Assembly (NCBI GenBank): GCA_934725685.1
Contig: CAKVBX010000005.1
Location: forward strand, 2,802-66,801
Length of the DNA stretch: 64,000 bases
Origin: an uncultured Bacilli bacterium
GTDB lineage: Bacteria; Bacillota_I; Bacilli_A; RFN20; CAG-288
Direction of reading: 5' to 3'
A program made the position numbers and the translations under genes. This document shows, one piece after another, positions 27,559-35,809 of this stretch. How positions within the stretch are numbered: the stretch's first letter is position 1; every line of letters starts with the position of its first letter. The notes under the pieces were generated by a model that was not told where the DNA came from, did not search any database, and was given only the letters and a program-made list of their open reading frames with translations.

Positions 27559-27741
27559 ACTTGTTTTTCCCCCTTTGTATGAATTGTTTAGAGAAAATAA
27601 GACTCCATCTTTCGTGTGAGCCTGTCCTCCCCTTTGGGTGTTGGAATGAAATAGGGTGAGAACGGATAGCCCTCATTTTGGCTGAGGCTAGAGACAGAAC
27701 CACCGTTTACAAATTCTTTATATCCATTTTCTCTGAACCTC

Positions 27742-27770
27742 ATTCTAACATGAGACCGAAAAAATGAAAA
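27742..27770 (-). promoter_or_regulatory. Candidate promoter of the nucleoside ABC operon
   Basis: On the minus strand, TTTTCA, 17-nt spacer, TGtTAGAAT (extended -10). Implies a leader of about 175 nt. Confidence 0.45.
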
Positions 27771-27818
27771 GTTAAATTACAAAGAATGGTAAAACTCCGC
27801 AGAAATCTAGGCTGTTAG

Positions 27819-27851
27819 AAACACATATAATTCTTGAAAACACATAGAATT
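27819..27851. repeat. Tandem direct repeat AAACACATA(T/G)AATT x2 (19-nt period)
   Basis: 27819-27832 and 27838-27851 match at 13 of 14 positions. A third AAACACAT lies at 28003-28010. Confidence 0.8.
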
Positions 27852-27983
27852 AAGGTAAATACTCAAGCTGAACAATTGTGTGAAAATTAGAGAGTATCGA
27901 AATATCCATGCCAGATTTTGATTCAAATTGCTCTTTCGTTTCTTTAAGTTTTATTTTTGCTTTTTTCAAAATCATTGTCATAT

Positions 27984-28000
27984 AAATTAGTGTATACTAA
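27984..28000 (+). repeat. 17-nt motif AAATTAGTGTATACTAA (copy 1, upstream of fba)
   Basis: Identical 17-mer also at 60286-60302. Contains TATACT and the inverted repeat TTAGT-N4-ACTAA. Confidence 0.85.
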
Positions 28001-28067
28001 TCAAACACATTGAAAAATGAAAGGGAAATCACTACAATATTGTCGATTGAAAGAGAGGTTCAATTCA

Positions 28068-28952
28068 ATGATTGTAAATGCTACTAGAATGCTGCAGGCC
28101 GCAAAGAAAGGCCACTATGCCGTCGGTCACTTCAACACCAACAACCTGGAGTGGACGAAGGCTATCCTTCTGACTGCTCAGAAGCTCAACAGCCCTGTCA
28201 TCATCGCAACGTCCATGGGCGCTGCCAAGTACATGGGCGGATACAAGGTTGTCGCCGCCATGGTCAAGGCCATGGATAAGGCCCTCGGTATCACTGTTCC
28301 TGTCGCACTTCATCTCGACCATGGCAACTATGAAGCTGCCAAGGCCTGCGTCGAAGCCGGTTATACTTCCATCATGTTCGATGGTTCCAGTCTTCCGTTC
28401 GCTGAGAACGTTGAAAAGACGACCGAACTTGTGAAACTTGCCCATGATCATGGCATGTCCATCGAAGCCGAAGTCGGTGCCATCGGTGGAACTGAAGACG
28501 GCATTACCGCTGACGGTGAAGTCGCTGATCCGGAAGAGTGCAGAAAGATTGTCGATCTCGGTATCGATTTCCTCGCCGCCGGTATCGGAAACATCCACGG
28601 CATCTATCCTGCCGATTGGAAGGGACTCCATTTCGATGCGCTTGACAACATCAACAAGGCTACCAATTACATCCCGCTCGTTCTCCACGGCGGAACTGGT
28701 ATCCCGGATGATCAGATTGTCCATGCCATCCATGACGGTGTCAGCAAAATCAACGTCAACACCGATTGCCAGCTTGTCTTTGCTCAGGCTACTATCGATT
28801 ATTGTGCTGCCGGCAAGGCTGATCCGACTGCTGAGAACAAGGATAAGGGTTATGATCCCAGAAAGCTTCTCAAGCCGGGCTATGAAGCCATCTGCGCCAA
28901 GGTCGAAGAAAAAATCCGTCTCTTCGGCTCTGTCGACAAGGCCAATTACTAA
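28068..28952 (+). CDS. fba: Class II fructose-1,6-bisphosphate aldolase
   Basis: 294 aa from ATG 28068 (MIVNATRMLQAAKKGHYAVGHFN...). LHLDHG and HGGTG motifs. SD AGAGAGG. The ORF-track start 28017 is an upstream extension. Confidence 0.92.
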   Translation: MIVNATRMLQAAKKGHYAVGHFNTNNLEWTKAILLTAQKLNSPVIIATSMGAAKYMGGYKVVAAMVKAMDKALGITVPVALHLDHGNYEAAKACVEAGYTSIMFDGSSLPFAENVEKTTELVKLAHDHGMSIEAEVGAIGGTEDGITADGEVADPEECRKIVDLGIDFLAAGIGNIHGIYPADWKGLHFDALDNINKATNYIPLVLHGGTGIPDDQIVHAIHDGVSKINVNTDCQLVFAQATIDYCAAGKADPTAENKDKGYDPRKLLKPGYEAICAKVEEKIRLFGSVDKANY

Positions 28953-28957
28953 ATCCA

Positions 28958-28985
28958 AAGGGGTGCAGGAAACTGCACCTTTTTT
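28958..28985 (+). terminator. fba terminator
   Basis: GGTGCAG-GAAA-CTGCACC followed by T6. Confidence 0.8.
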
Positions 28986-28992
28986 CGTCAAT

Positions 28993-29025
28993 GAAAAAAA
29001 GAGGCTTTCTTGCTGGAAGGCCTCT
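28993..29025 (-). terminator. ybaK/fmt operon terminator
   Basis: On the minus strand, AGAGGCCTTC...GAAAGCCTCT (one mismatch) followed by T7. Confidence 0.7.
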
Positions 29026-29061
29026 TTCTCATGATGTTGGATTTGGCGTGCTCTATTGGTT

Positions 29062-29550
29062 TTATTCGGCTTCGGAGATATCGAGGAAGGTAAGATCAAC
29101 TGCCTTTTTTAAATCGGCGGGTGCAATCTCAATCTGAAGACCACGTTTTCCGCCGGAAATGAGAATGGTATCGAAAAGTTCAGCCGTTTCATCAACGAAA
29201 GTGGGAAAAACTTTCTTCATTCCGATTGGAGAACAGCCACCATGGATATATCCGGTGAGCGGGAGTAAATCCTTCTGTGGAATCATTTCGATGAACTTTT
29301 CTCCGCTCGCTTTGGCGGCTTTCTTGAGGTCGAGCGTGCATTCGCCGGGAACGACAAAGACATAGTGCTCCTTGCTTCTTCCTATTGTGACGAGTGTCTT
29401 GAAGACCTGTTCGACATCCTGTGAGAGGATGGCGGCGACTTCCTTACAGGAAACTGCGTTTTCCGGATTGTACTCATGGACTTTGTAAGGGATATTTCTT
29501 TGGTCGAGTATCCGCATCGCATTGGTTTTTTCAAGTTTTTCTTTCTTCAT
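29062..29550 (-). CDS. ybaK: Cys-tRNA(Pro)/Cys-tRNA(Cys) deacylase YbaK
   Basis: 162 aa. KTNAMRILDQRNIPYKVHEY N-terminus, plus GGCSPIG. ATGA overlap with fmt. Confidence 0.85.
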   Translation of the reverse strand: MKKEKLEKTNAMRILDQRNIPYKVHEYNPENAVSCKEVAAILSQDVEQVFKTLVTIGRSKEHYVFVVPGECTLDLKKAAKASGEKFIEMIPQKDLLPLTGYIHGGCSPIGMKKVFPTFVDETAELFDTILISGGKRGLQIEIAPADLKKAVDLTFLDISEAE

Positions 29551-30479
29551 TTCAGTATGGATCCCTGAAGATCATGGACACCGTTGTTGAAATCGGATGC
29601 AGTCATAATCTTTTTTCCCGGCCTCTGGAGAAGCTCGAGGATTACTTGTCCTTTTTCTAATTGAAGGACAATCTGCTTCTTATGGGCAAGGAGCACGGTT
29701 CCGGTTTCTCCGGAAACATCGTGATTATAGACGGAAGCCTGATAAATTTTGAGAATCTCTTCCCCGAAGAATAGATGTCCGCCCGGCGTGAGGGAGAGGG
29801 AACGGACCTGATTGACAAACTCTTCTGGGGTCACATCCAGAAGAAGATGTTCCTCTTCCTTTTTGATGGTCGGGCAGAAGGTTGCCTCCTCATTGTCCTG
29901 TTTCACCGGACTGAGCTTTCCTTCAAAATAAAGGGGAAGGGAAGTGATGGCAAGCTTCAGGGCATCGTGGGAGAGCTTTTCCGCAAGAGTCGTATAGTTG
30001 TCCTTTTGATCAATCGGGGTGACAATCCGGCTATAGACATCGCCGGCATCGAGCTCATGGACCATTTCCATCAGGGAGACGCCGGTCTCCGTATCACCAT
30101 TACGGAGCGCATACTGAATCGGAGCGGCACCCCGGTATTTCGGCAAGAGGGAAGCGTGAAGATTAAGCGGACGATAGGTTCCCATGACGAGAATCTCATC
30201 CGAGATAATCTGTCCATAGGCAAAGGTGAGAAGCAGATCCGGCTTCCATTCCTTCAGGATTTCGAAATCCTTGTTCAGTCTATGCGGTTTGTGGACAGGA
30301 AGACCTAATTCATGTGCCATCTTGGCGACAGGTGATTCTTCCACTTTGTTGTTTCTTCCACGGACCTTGTCCTCTTTGGTGACAACACCGACGATGTTGA
30401 AACCGGCTTCCACAAGGCCCTTCAAGGCATAGGCGGAAATCTCTGGCGTACCCAAATATACGATTCTTTTGTTTTCCAT
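29547..30479 (-). CDS. fmt: Methionyl-tRNA formyltransferase
   Basis: 310 aa. IVYLGTPEISA, LNLHASLLPKYRGAAPIQ. Confidence 0.92.
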   Translation of the reverse strand: MENKRIVYLGTPEISAYALKGLVEAGFNIVGVVTKEDKVRGRNNKVEESPVAKMAHELGLPVHKPHRLNKDFEILKEWKPDLLLTFAYGQIISDEILVMGTYRPLNLHASLLPKYRGAAPIQYALRNGDTETGVSLMEMVHELDAGDVYSRIVTPIDQKDNYTTLAEKLSHDALKLAITSLPLYFEGKLSPVKQDNEEATFCPTIKKEEEHLLLDVTPEEFVNQVRSLSLTPGGHLFFGEEILKIYQASVYNHDVSGETGTVLLAHKKQIVLQLEKGQVILELLQRPGKKIMTASDFNNGVHDLQGSILK

Positions 30480-30546
30480 CTCAAAACCTCCCGTATGGAC
30501 TTCAATATGTTATCATATTTGAAGTGTTCCGGTGAGGTAAAGCAAT

Positions 30547-31494
30547 ATGGTAACAAGATTTGTCTCCGCAGTCGCAGATCAGAATCTTCCAAGCAAAATC
30601 ATTCTTACTGTGCTTTTCATGTTTTTGGTCGGCTCAATGCTTGGCTATCTGCTCGAAGTACTCTTCCGCCGTTTTGTCTCCGCCAAGAAATGGGTCAATC
30701 CAGGATTCATGAAGGGACCATGGCTCCCGCTTTACGGCTCAGGTGTTGTTCTCATGTTCTTCCTCTGCTGGCTTTCGCTCGCCTTTCTTCCGAAATCCTT
30801 TACCTTCTACAATCCGACAGGCGAACTCTTCGGTCTTGAATATCAGAGCGGTCCGACCGTCTATGACCTCATTCCGATTACGATTATGGGCTGCAGCATG
30901 ATTTTTCTCGAATTCATTGCCGGCGTAATCTTCGTCAAAGGCTTCAAAGTACGCCTTTGGGATTACACCAACATGAGAGGAAATATCATGGGCATCATCT
31001 GCCCAGTCTTCTCTGTCATCTGGTTCCTAGTCGCCATTATCTTCTATTATGCTCTCACTCCTTTTGTCTATTCTGCATTCCACATCTCTTTCGCCTATAT
31101 GTTCGGAAGTACTACTTCCGGAAGCGTCGCCCACTTCGGCTTCATCTTCCTACTAGGACTTGTCTACGGCATTTTTCTTGTCGACCTTGTGAAATCCATC
31201 GGTCTCTTCGGAAAAATTTCCCACTTTGCCAAGACATCCAATATTGTTGCCCGTTATGAGAAACTCAACGAAGAACAGAAGAAACAGAGAAAAGAATACA
31301 AGGAGAAACTTGTCGCTGCCATTCCGGAAAGTTTGAAACGGAACAAGGAAAAAGCAGTTCTCACGGACACTTCCAAGAAGTTTTCCAACTTTGTCCGCAA
31401 AATCATCCTCATCGATCCCGGAAAGAACAATGCCAAAGAAAATTATGGGCCTGATGGGAGACCGCTCAAGGAGGATGATGCAAAAACGGAGTAG
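30547..31494 (+). CDS. Polytopic membrane protein ('putative ABC-transporter type IV'-like) with Lys-rich C-terminal tail
   Basis: 315 aa. GYLLEVLFRRF...GPWLPLYGSGVV resembles that family. 6-7 TM helices, then a charged tail of about 85 aa. Confidence 0.5.
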   Translation: MVTRFVSAVADQNLPSKIILTVLFMFLVGSMLGYLLEVLFRRFVSAKKWVNPGFMKGPWLPLYGSGVVLMFFLCWLSLAFLPKSFTFYNPTGELFGLEYQSGPTVYDLIPITIMGCSMIFLEFIAGVIFVKGFKVRLWDYTNMRGNIMGIICPVFSVIWFLVAIIFYYALTPFVYSAFHISFAYMFGSTTSGSVAHFGFIFLLGLVYGIFLVDLVKSIGLFGKISHFAKTSNIVARYEKLNEEQKKQRKEYKEKLVAAIPESLKRNKEKAVLTDTSKKFSNFVRKIILIDPGKNNAKENYGPDGRPLKEDDAKTE

Positions 31495-31589
31495 TTCCTT
31501 TGTTGTATTCGATTTGCAAGAATGACTATGTTATGCGAAAAGCAATCTGTTCCTTATTACACAAAGATTGCATGATAAGAACCGCTATC

Positions 31590-31624
31590 AAAAAAGCTCC
31601 TCTAAGAAGTATGAGGAGCTTTTT
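31590..31624. terminator. Bidirectional intrinsic terminator
   Basis: A6, AGCTCCTC...GAGGAGCT, T4. Confidence 0.8.
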
Positions 31625-31630
31625 CGGTGG

Positions 31631-33265
31631 TCAGTTTTTCATGAATGTGATTGTTGCTTTATGATCGGAGATTTTGTCGACACGGAAAGAATAGGCAAGT
31701 TCCGTTCCATTGTTCATAGAGGTCTTGTTGACAAGCTGACTGGAGAGATTGATTTTGTTCATCGAACTCCCCTGGTGGTAGAGATCATTGTCGGTGAGGT
31801 AGTAATCATGATTCCGGAAGGAACGCCCGGAAGCGGAAAGTTGGGTGATGAGGCGGTAATTCGGATTCATATAGTTCAAGGAAACCCCGCTCTCACCATC
31901 ATAGTATCCTTTCGGGGAGTTGCTGTGAGCGACAATATAATAGTGATTATCATCGGTCTTTTTAAGGTCGTCGTATTGTGGAGAGACAGGATTGTAATCC
32001 TCATCGACATCGGTGAAGGAACAGATTCGGCTGTCGACATGGTAGGCCCGGATGCCTTCCGTTTTCAGCGTGACACCATAATTGTAACTGCCGTATCCTT
32101 CCTCCAAGTCCTGTTGATTGAGTCCGAGACTCGGTGAGAACAATTCAAGCATCACATATTCGTCATAGGCGGAAGTGACATCCTTCTTCTTTGTCGGAAT
32201 GAGGACACAGTCTCCGGAGGTCGCTGCACTTTCGATTTCGATGGTGCCTTCCTTATCGATGTAATAGGGCTCGTTCCAGCCTAAGACAAATTTGGAATAG
32301 CAGTCCTGCTCGATGATGTTGTTGTCCATCATGTCGACGGCACCCATGGGACTGTATCCTTTGGAGCCGTATTTGTCTTGGGTCGTATAGGAATAGTAGT
32401 CGTCTAGGCTGAGCATGTGGCCGGTCTCATGGATGAAGGTGTGGGCATCGAGTTCCTTGGTGCCATAGCCTTCGTACATGAAGTCATAACTAGCCCAGAA
32501 ATAATAGCCGCCCTCCGGAGAGGTGAGAGAACCTTCCGCTTCATAGTCCATCGTTGTATAAGCCCAGAAGAGACTCTCGTCTAGGGATTCTCCCTTGTAT
32601 TGCGCTGTGTTGAAATCATCCGCAGAATAGATGAGGAAAACGCCGTCGATGAATCCGTCCTTATTGTTGTCAAATTCTTTGCAGTCGGTCTTGTACTTTG
32701 TCTTGTACCATGTGATTGCATTGCGGAAGAGTTCCGTGGAATATTCGCCGCTTCCGTCATCTTTCTCTGTCATCTCAGTGGAGGATAGATTGGGGTCATA
32801 CCAATCGGAGACTATCCCTTTGAAATTCAGGGCGCCGTGAGAGGATTTTCTGTAATAGGAAGACATGGATTCCCACCCGGTTTCGCTCGATTCTCCGAAG
32901 AGCGTCTTCTGAATATCGGAACGGATCTTTTCCGTTGCATTGCTCTTGTAGTCGGAGACGACGACGGGGATGACAAGGACATTGATGTCACCGGTGGAGG
33001 GGGTATAAGGATAACCGGTGAGCGAGGAGTAATCCTGCTGTGAGACGGAAGATTTGAGCTTGCGATAGCCCTCAGATGGTGTCTCACTTGTTTTTTCGGT
33101 ATCTTTCTGTATCTCTGTGGTTGCGGATTCTTTTTCTGTCACAGGCGCGGTAGAAGGAGTTTCGGTCGCAGGATTCGGAGTGACCGGAGACGTCGAAGGA
33201 TGAGAATTGCACCCTGCTAAGGTGACAAGAAGAGATGGGATTAGGATTCTATAATGTGATTTCAT
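31631..33265 (-). CDS. Surface lipoprotein zinc metallopeptidase (HExxH...D.Y, M6/M64-like)
   Basis: 544 aa from ATG 33265 (MKSHYRILIPSLLVTLAGC, lipobox). SD GAGG 6 nt upstream; the ORF-track start is a GTG extension. Thr/Pro-rich linker. FIHETGHMLSLDDYY zinc motif. Confidence 0.65.
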   Translation of the reverse strand: MKSHYRILIPSLLVTLAGCNSHPSTSPVTPNPATETPSTAPVTEKESATTEIQKDTEKTSETPSEGYRKLKSSVSQQDYSSLTGYPYTPSTGDINVLVIPVVVSDYKSNATEKIRSDIQKTLFGESSETGWESMSSYYRKSSHGALNFKGIVSDWYDPNLSSTEMTEKDDGSGEYSTELFRNAITWYKTKYKTDCKEFDNNKDGFIDGVFLIYSADDFNTAQYKGESLDESLFWAYTTMDYEAEGSLTSPEGGYYFWASYDFMYEGYGTKELDAHTFIHETGHMLSLDDYYSYTTQDKYGSKGYSPMGAVDMMDNNIIEQDCYSKFVLGWNEPYYIDKEGTIEIESAATSGDCVLIPTKKKDVTSAYDEYVMLELFSPSLGLNQQDLEEGYGSYNYGVTLKTEGIRAYHVDSRICSFTDVDEDYNPVSPQYDDLKKTDDNHYYIVAHSNSPKGYYDGESGVSLNYMNPNYRLITQLSASGRSFRNHDYYLTDNDLYHQGSSMNKINLSSQLVNKTSMNNGTELAYSFRVDKISDHKATITFMKN

Positions 33266-33426
33266 GTTGGACCTCACTGATGCCTTCCATTTTAAAGGAA
33301 ACCTTAAGGAATGAAAAGGAAAACACTTGAATTTTATTATTTTCCTGTGAGGCAGTGCAAGGATATGGAAATCTATTGAAAAACAGAAAAAATGCGCTAT
33401 GCTCTTATTGAACTAGGGGGTGCCTC

Positions 33427-34329
33427 ATGAAATGGAATAAACGATTGGCTTTGCTTTCGCTTCCTTTTCTTCTTGTTTCCTGCAAGATAGGGGAGAACAG
33501 TGCAACGGATAACGAAACGGAACGGAAAACCGATATGGTTGAGACAGATTCCTCTCTGACGGAAATAGAGGAACCGGCGACAGAACCGGATACTTCCGCC
33601 TCTATTACCTATGAGACAGAAGAACTGGCCGTGAAGAATGGGGAAAGCCGGATTGTCGGTGATTTTTATCGACCGAAGGTCGAAGGAAAGACACCGCTTG
33701 TCCTTCTCTCCCACAGTGCCTTCCTCACTGGGAAGTCCCTCCGTGTCTATGCCAAGTTCTTCGCTTCCCACGGCTATGCAGCTTATGCCTTTGATTTCTG
33801 CGGCGGAAGCAACAATAGCCGCAGTGACGGGAAAGTCGCTGACATGACGATTTTCACCGAAGCGGAGGACCTGAAGACGGTCTTTTCCTACTTTACCTCA
33901 CTCAATACCATCGATACCGAAAAAGTCTATCTTCTCGGAAGTTCCCAGGGTGGTCTGGTGACATCCGTTGCCGCCAAAGAACTCGGGGATAAAGTGGCCG
34001 GTCTCTTCCTCTTCTATCCGGCATTCAACATTCCGGAACAGGTGAAGAATTCATTCTTTTCCGGACCATATGGAGAAGATTTCATCAATACTCTGAGGGA
34101 CTATGATCCCTATGAGGGAATGGAGAGGTTTACTAAGCCGGTTCTGATTTTCCACGGGACCAAGGACAGCACGGTTCCGATTTCCTACTCGGAAAAGGCG
34201 GTCAACTGTTATCCCAATGCAGAGCTGATCCGTATCGAGGGAGCCTCACATGGCTTCAATACTGACAACTATAGTTTCACCGGAAACTATGATAGTCAGG
34301 TATTCTCCGTACTTAAAGAAAGAATTTGA
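33427..34329 (+). CDS. Alpha/beta-hydrolase lipoprotein
   Basis: 300 aa. Lipobox FLLVSC. Nucleophile elbow LLGSSQGG. HGTKDSTVP (Asp) and GASHGF (His). Confidence 0.7.
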   Translation: MKWNKRLALLSLPFLLVSCKIGENSATDNETERKTDMVETDSSLTEIEEPATEPDTSASITYETEELAVKNGESRIVGDFYRPKVEGKTPLVLLSHSAFLTGKSLRVYAKFFASHGYAAYAFDFCGGSNNSRSDGKVADMTIFTEAEDLKTVFSYFTSLNTIDTEKVYLLGSSQGGLVTSVAAKELGDKVAGLFLFYPAFNIPEQVKNSFFSGPYGEDFINTLRDYDPYEGMERFTKPVLIFHGTKDSTVPISYSEKAVNCYPNAELIRIEGASHGFNTDNYSFTGNYDSQVFSVLKERI

Positions 34330-34371
34330 AGAGGTAACCATCTTGCTTTGCCGACATGAAAATAGGATAAG

Positions 34372-34400
34372 AAAAAGAACCACAATGCGTGGCTCTTTTT
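34372..34400. terminator. Bidirectional intrinsic terminator
   Basis: A5, AGAACCAC-AATGC-GTGGCTCT (one mismatch), T5. Confidence 0.6.
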
Positions 34401-34401
34401 C

Positions 34402-35157
34402 TTAGTAGAGATTGTATTGTACGACAGTTTTGGAATCGGAGATATCTCCGGAATTCTGATTGACGGCGTGTTGCTTCATCTCTTTCAGCATTCCGAAATC
34501 GTTCATGACGAGTGTTTCGCTGACAAGAGCGGATTCTGATCCGTACTTGTAGACCTTGTCCGTGAAGGAATAGACAAGGGTATTGTCGACAGCCTTCATG
34601 GAATCGAGTTCCGAAAGGATTCCTTTGAAGAAGTCAGCGAGATAATACCCACCCTGATAGCGGCCCGAAACCTCATTGGCATAGAAAATCGGAGTGTCGA
34701 TTTCGGCTTCCATCTGGGACTGTGTATAGCGGAAGGAATAGGACTTGATTTGGCTTTCTGCCTCGAGGGATGGACTTCCGGTCAGCTTGATGCTGGCCAC
34801 ATAGATGGATTCCTCCGTGTTGTAGGAAAGACTGATTTCCTGCTTGGTGAGGTAAAGGACGGAACCGTACTTTTCATCATAGCTGATTCTCGTTCCGGAA
34901 TAGGTGTCCGTTCTATGGTAGACATAATTGCTTTGGAAGGCAGACCGTTTTACTTCCATCTGATAGGTTTCCCGCCCGATTTCTCTTCCGTCGCTGTTTT
35001 TGATGACGTTTTCGTTGGTTGCGGAAAGACTCTTCACTGTTTCCTTGGCTTTTTCCATCGTAGGGGAGTAGATGAGTGCGGCGATGTCAGAAGGGATTTC
35101 GACCTTTGAACAGGCGGTGAGAAATAGGAGAGAACAGAGGAGGCTTGTCTTACGCAT
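34402..35157 (-). CDS. Lipoprotein of unknown function
   Basis: 251 aa. Lipobox LFLTAC. 8-nt overlap with the upstream lipoprotein gene. No motif I recognise. Confidence 0.6.
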   Translation of the reverse strand: MRKTSLLCSLLFLTACSKVEIPSDIAALIYSPTMEKAKETVKSLSATNENVIKNSDGREIGRETYQMEVKRSAFQSNYVYHRTDTYSGTRISYDEKYGSVLYLTKQEISLSYNTEESIYVASIKLTGSPSLEAESQIKSYSFRYTQSQMEAEIDTPIFYANEVSGRYQGGYYLADFFKGILSELDSMKAVDNTLVYSFTDKVYKYGSESALVSETLVMNDFGMLKEMKQHAVNQNSGDISDSKTVVQYNLY

Positions 35158-35800
35158 AGGTATAAGTCACCCGATAGTAGACGGTATTTTCTTGCGTGAC
35201 GTTTTCGGCTCCGACGGTCTGAATGAGTTCTTCTTTTAAGAACCCATCCTTGTCATAAGTGACTGAAATGTCAAACCTTGCATTGAGTCTGATATCCTTA
35301 GCTTTAACAAGGTTATCATCGGTCTTGACATTGCCAATACGGCACTCTTTGGAGATGTTGTTGACAAAGAAGACGTGAGTGCTGTTCTCAGTTTTGTAAT
35401 CGATGTGATGAATCGGATCGCCCGTGAAATTCATGATGAAATTGAATGTGGCAAAGCTGAATTCAGCACTGTCGGTCGTCTCATCGTCTGGATAGAAAGT
35501 GTCGGAGCTCAGCCTTATGGGGAGATGAAGGGCGTAGGAGGAACCGCAGTCGAAGCCGTTTTCGACTTTTCCGTCGATGGCCTCTAAGGTCGGAACCGTC
35601 CCTTCCTTGGTTTTATCGAAGAAGAACTTATCAAACTGAAGGACATGTCCTTCCGGCTCTCCGTAGTACTTGGTAAGTGTGGTCGCCTTTGGAATCGAAG
35701 CGAGACCCTCCTTCGTTTTTTTGATGAAATCCTGTTCGTTATAGGAAGAACAGGAGGCGAGGAGGAAGAGCGGCAATAGGAATAGAATGCGTTTCTTCAT
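35150..35800 (-). CDS. Lipoprotein of unknown function
   Basis: 216 aa. Lipobox FLLASC. Starts 9 nt after the msmK-like stop. Confidence 0.6.
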   Translation of the reverse strand: MKKRILFLLPLFLLASCSSYNEQDFIKKTKEGLASIPKATTLTKYYGEPEGHVLQFDKFFFDKTKEGTVPTLEAIDGKVENGFDCGSSYALHLPIRLSSDTFYPDDETTDSAEFSFATFNFIMNFTGDPIHHIDYKTENSTHVFFVNNISKECRIGNVKTDDNLVKAKDIRLNARFDISVTYDKDGFLKEELIQTVGAENVTQENTVYYRVTYTYA

Positions 35801-35809
35801 AGACCCTCC

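Noticed and set aside
27559-27741. Purine, 2'-dG or preQ1 riboswitch, or a PyrR binding site, in the nucleoside-ABC leader.
   Set aside because: None of the conserved cores is present (purine J1-2/J2-3/J3-1 junctions, preQ1 loop, PyrR ARUCCAGAGAGGYU). Only a loose GTTCAGAGA resemblance was seen. It is kept as an unclassified structured leader in the findings.
28017-28067. ORF-track N-terminal extensions. These are fba 28017, xth 15312, acpP 3405, metalloprotease 33277, MFS 59286, DUF1275 48628, methyltransferase 48698, lipoprotein 52808 and degV 62397.
   Set aside because: The extended starts are TTG, GTG or upstream ATG codons without an SD. Some run into terminators or neighbouring genes. 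In each case an internal ATG with a proper SD gives a family-typical N-terminus or signal peptide.
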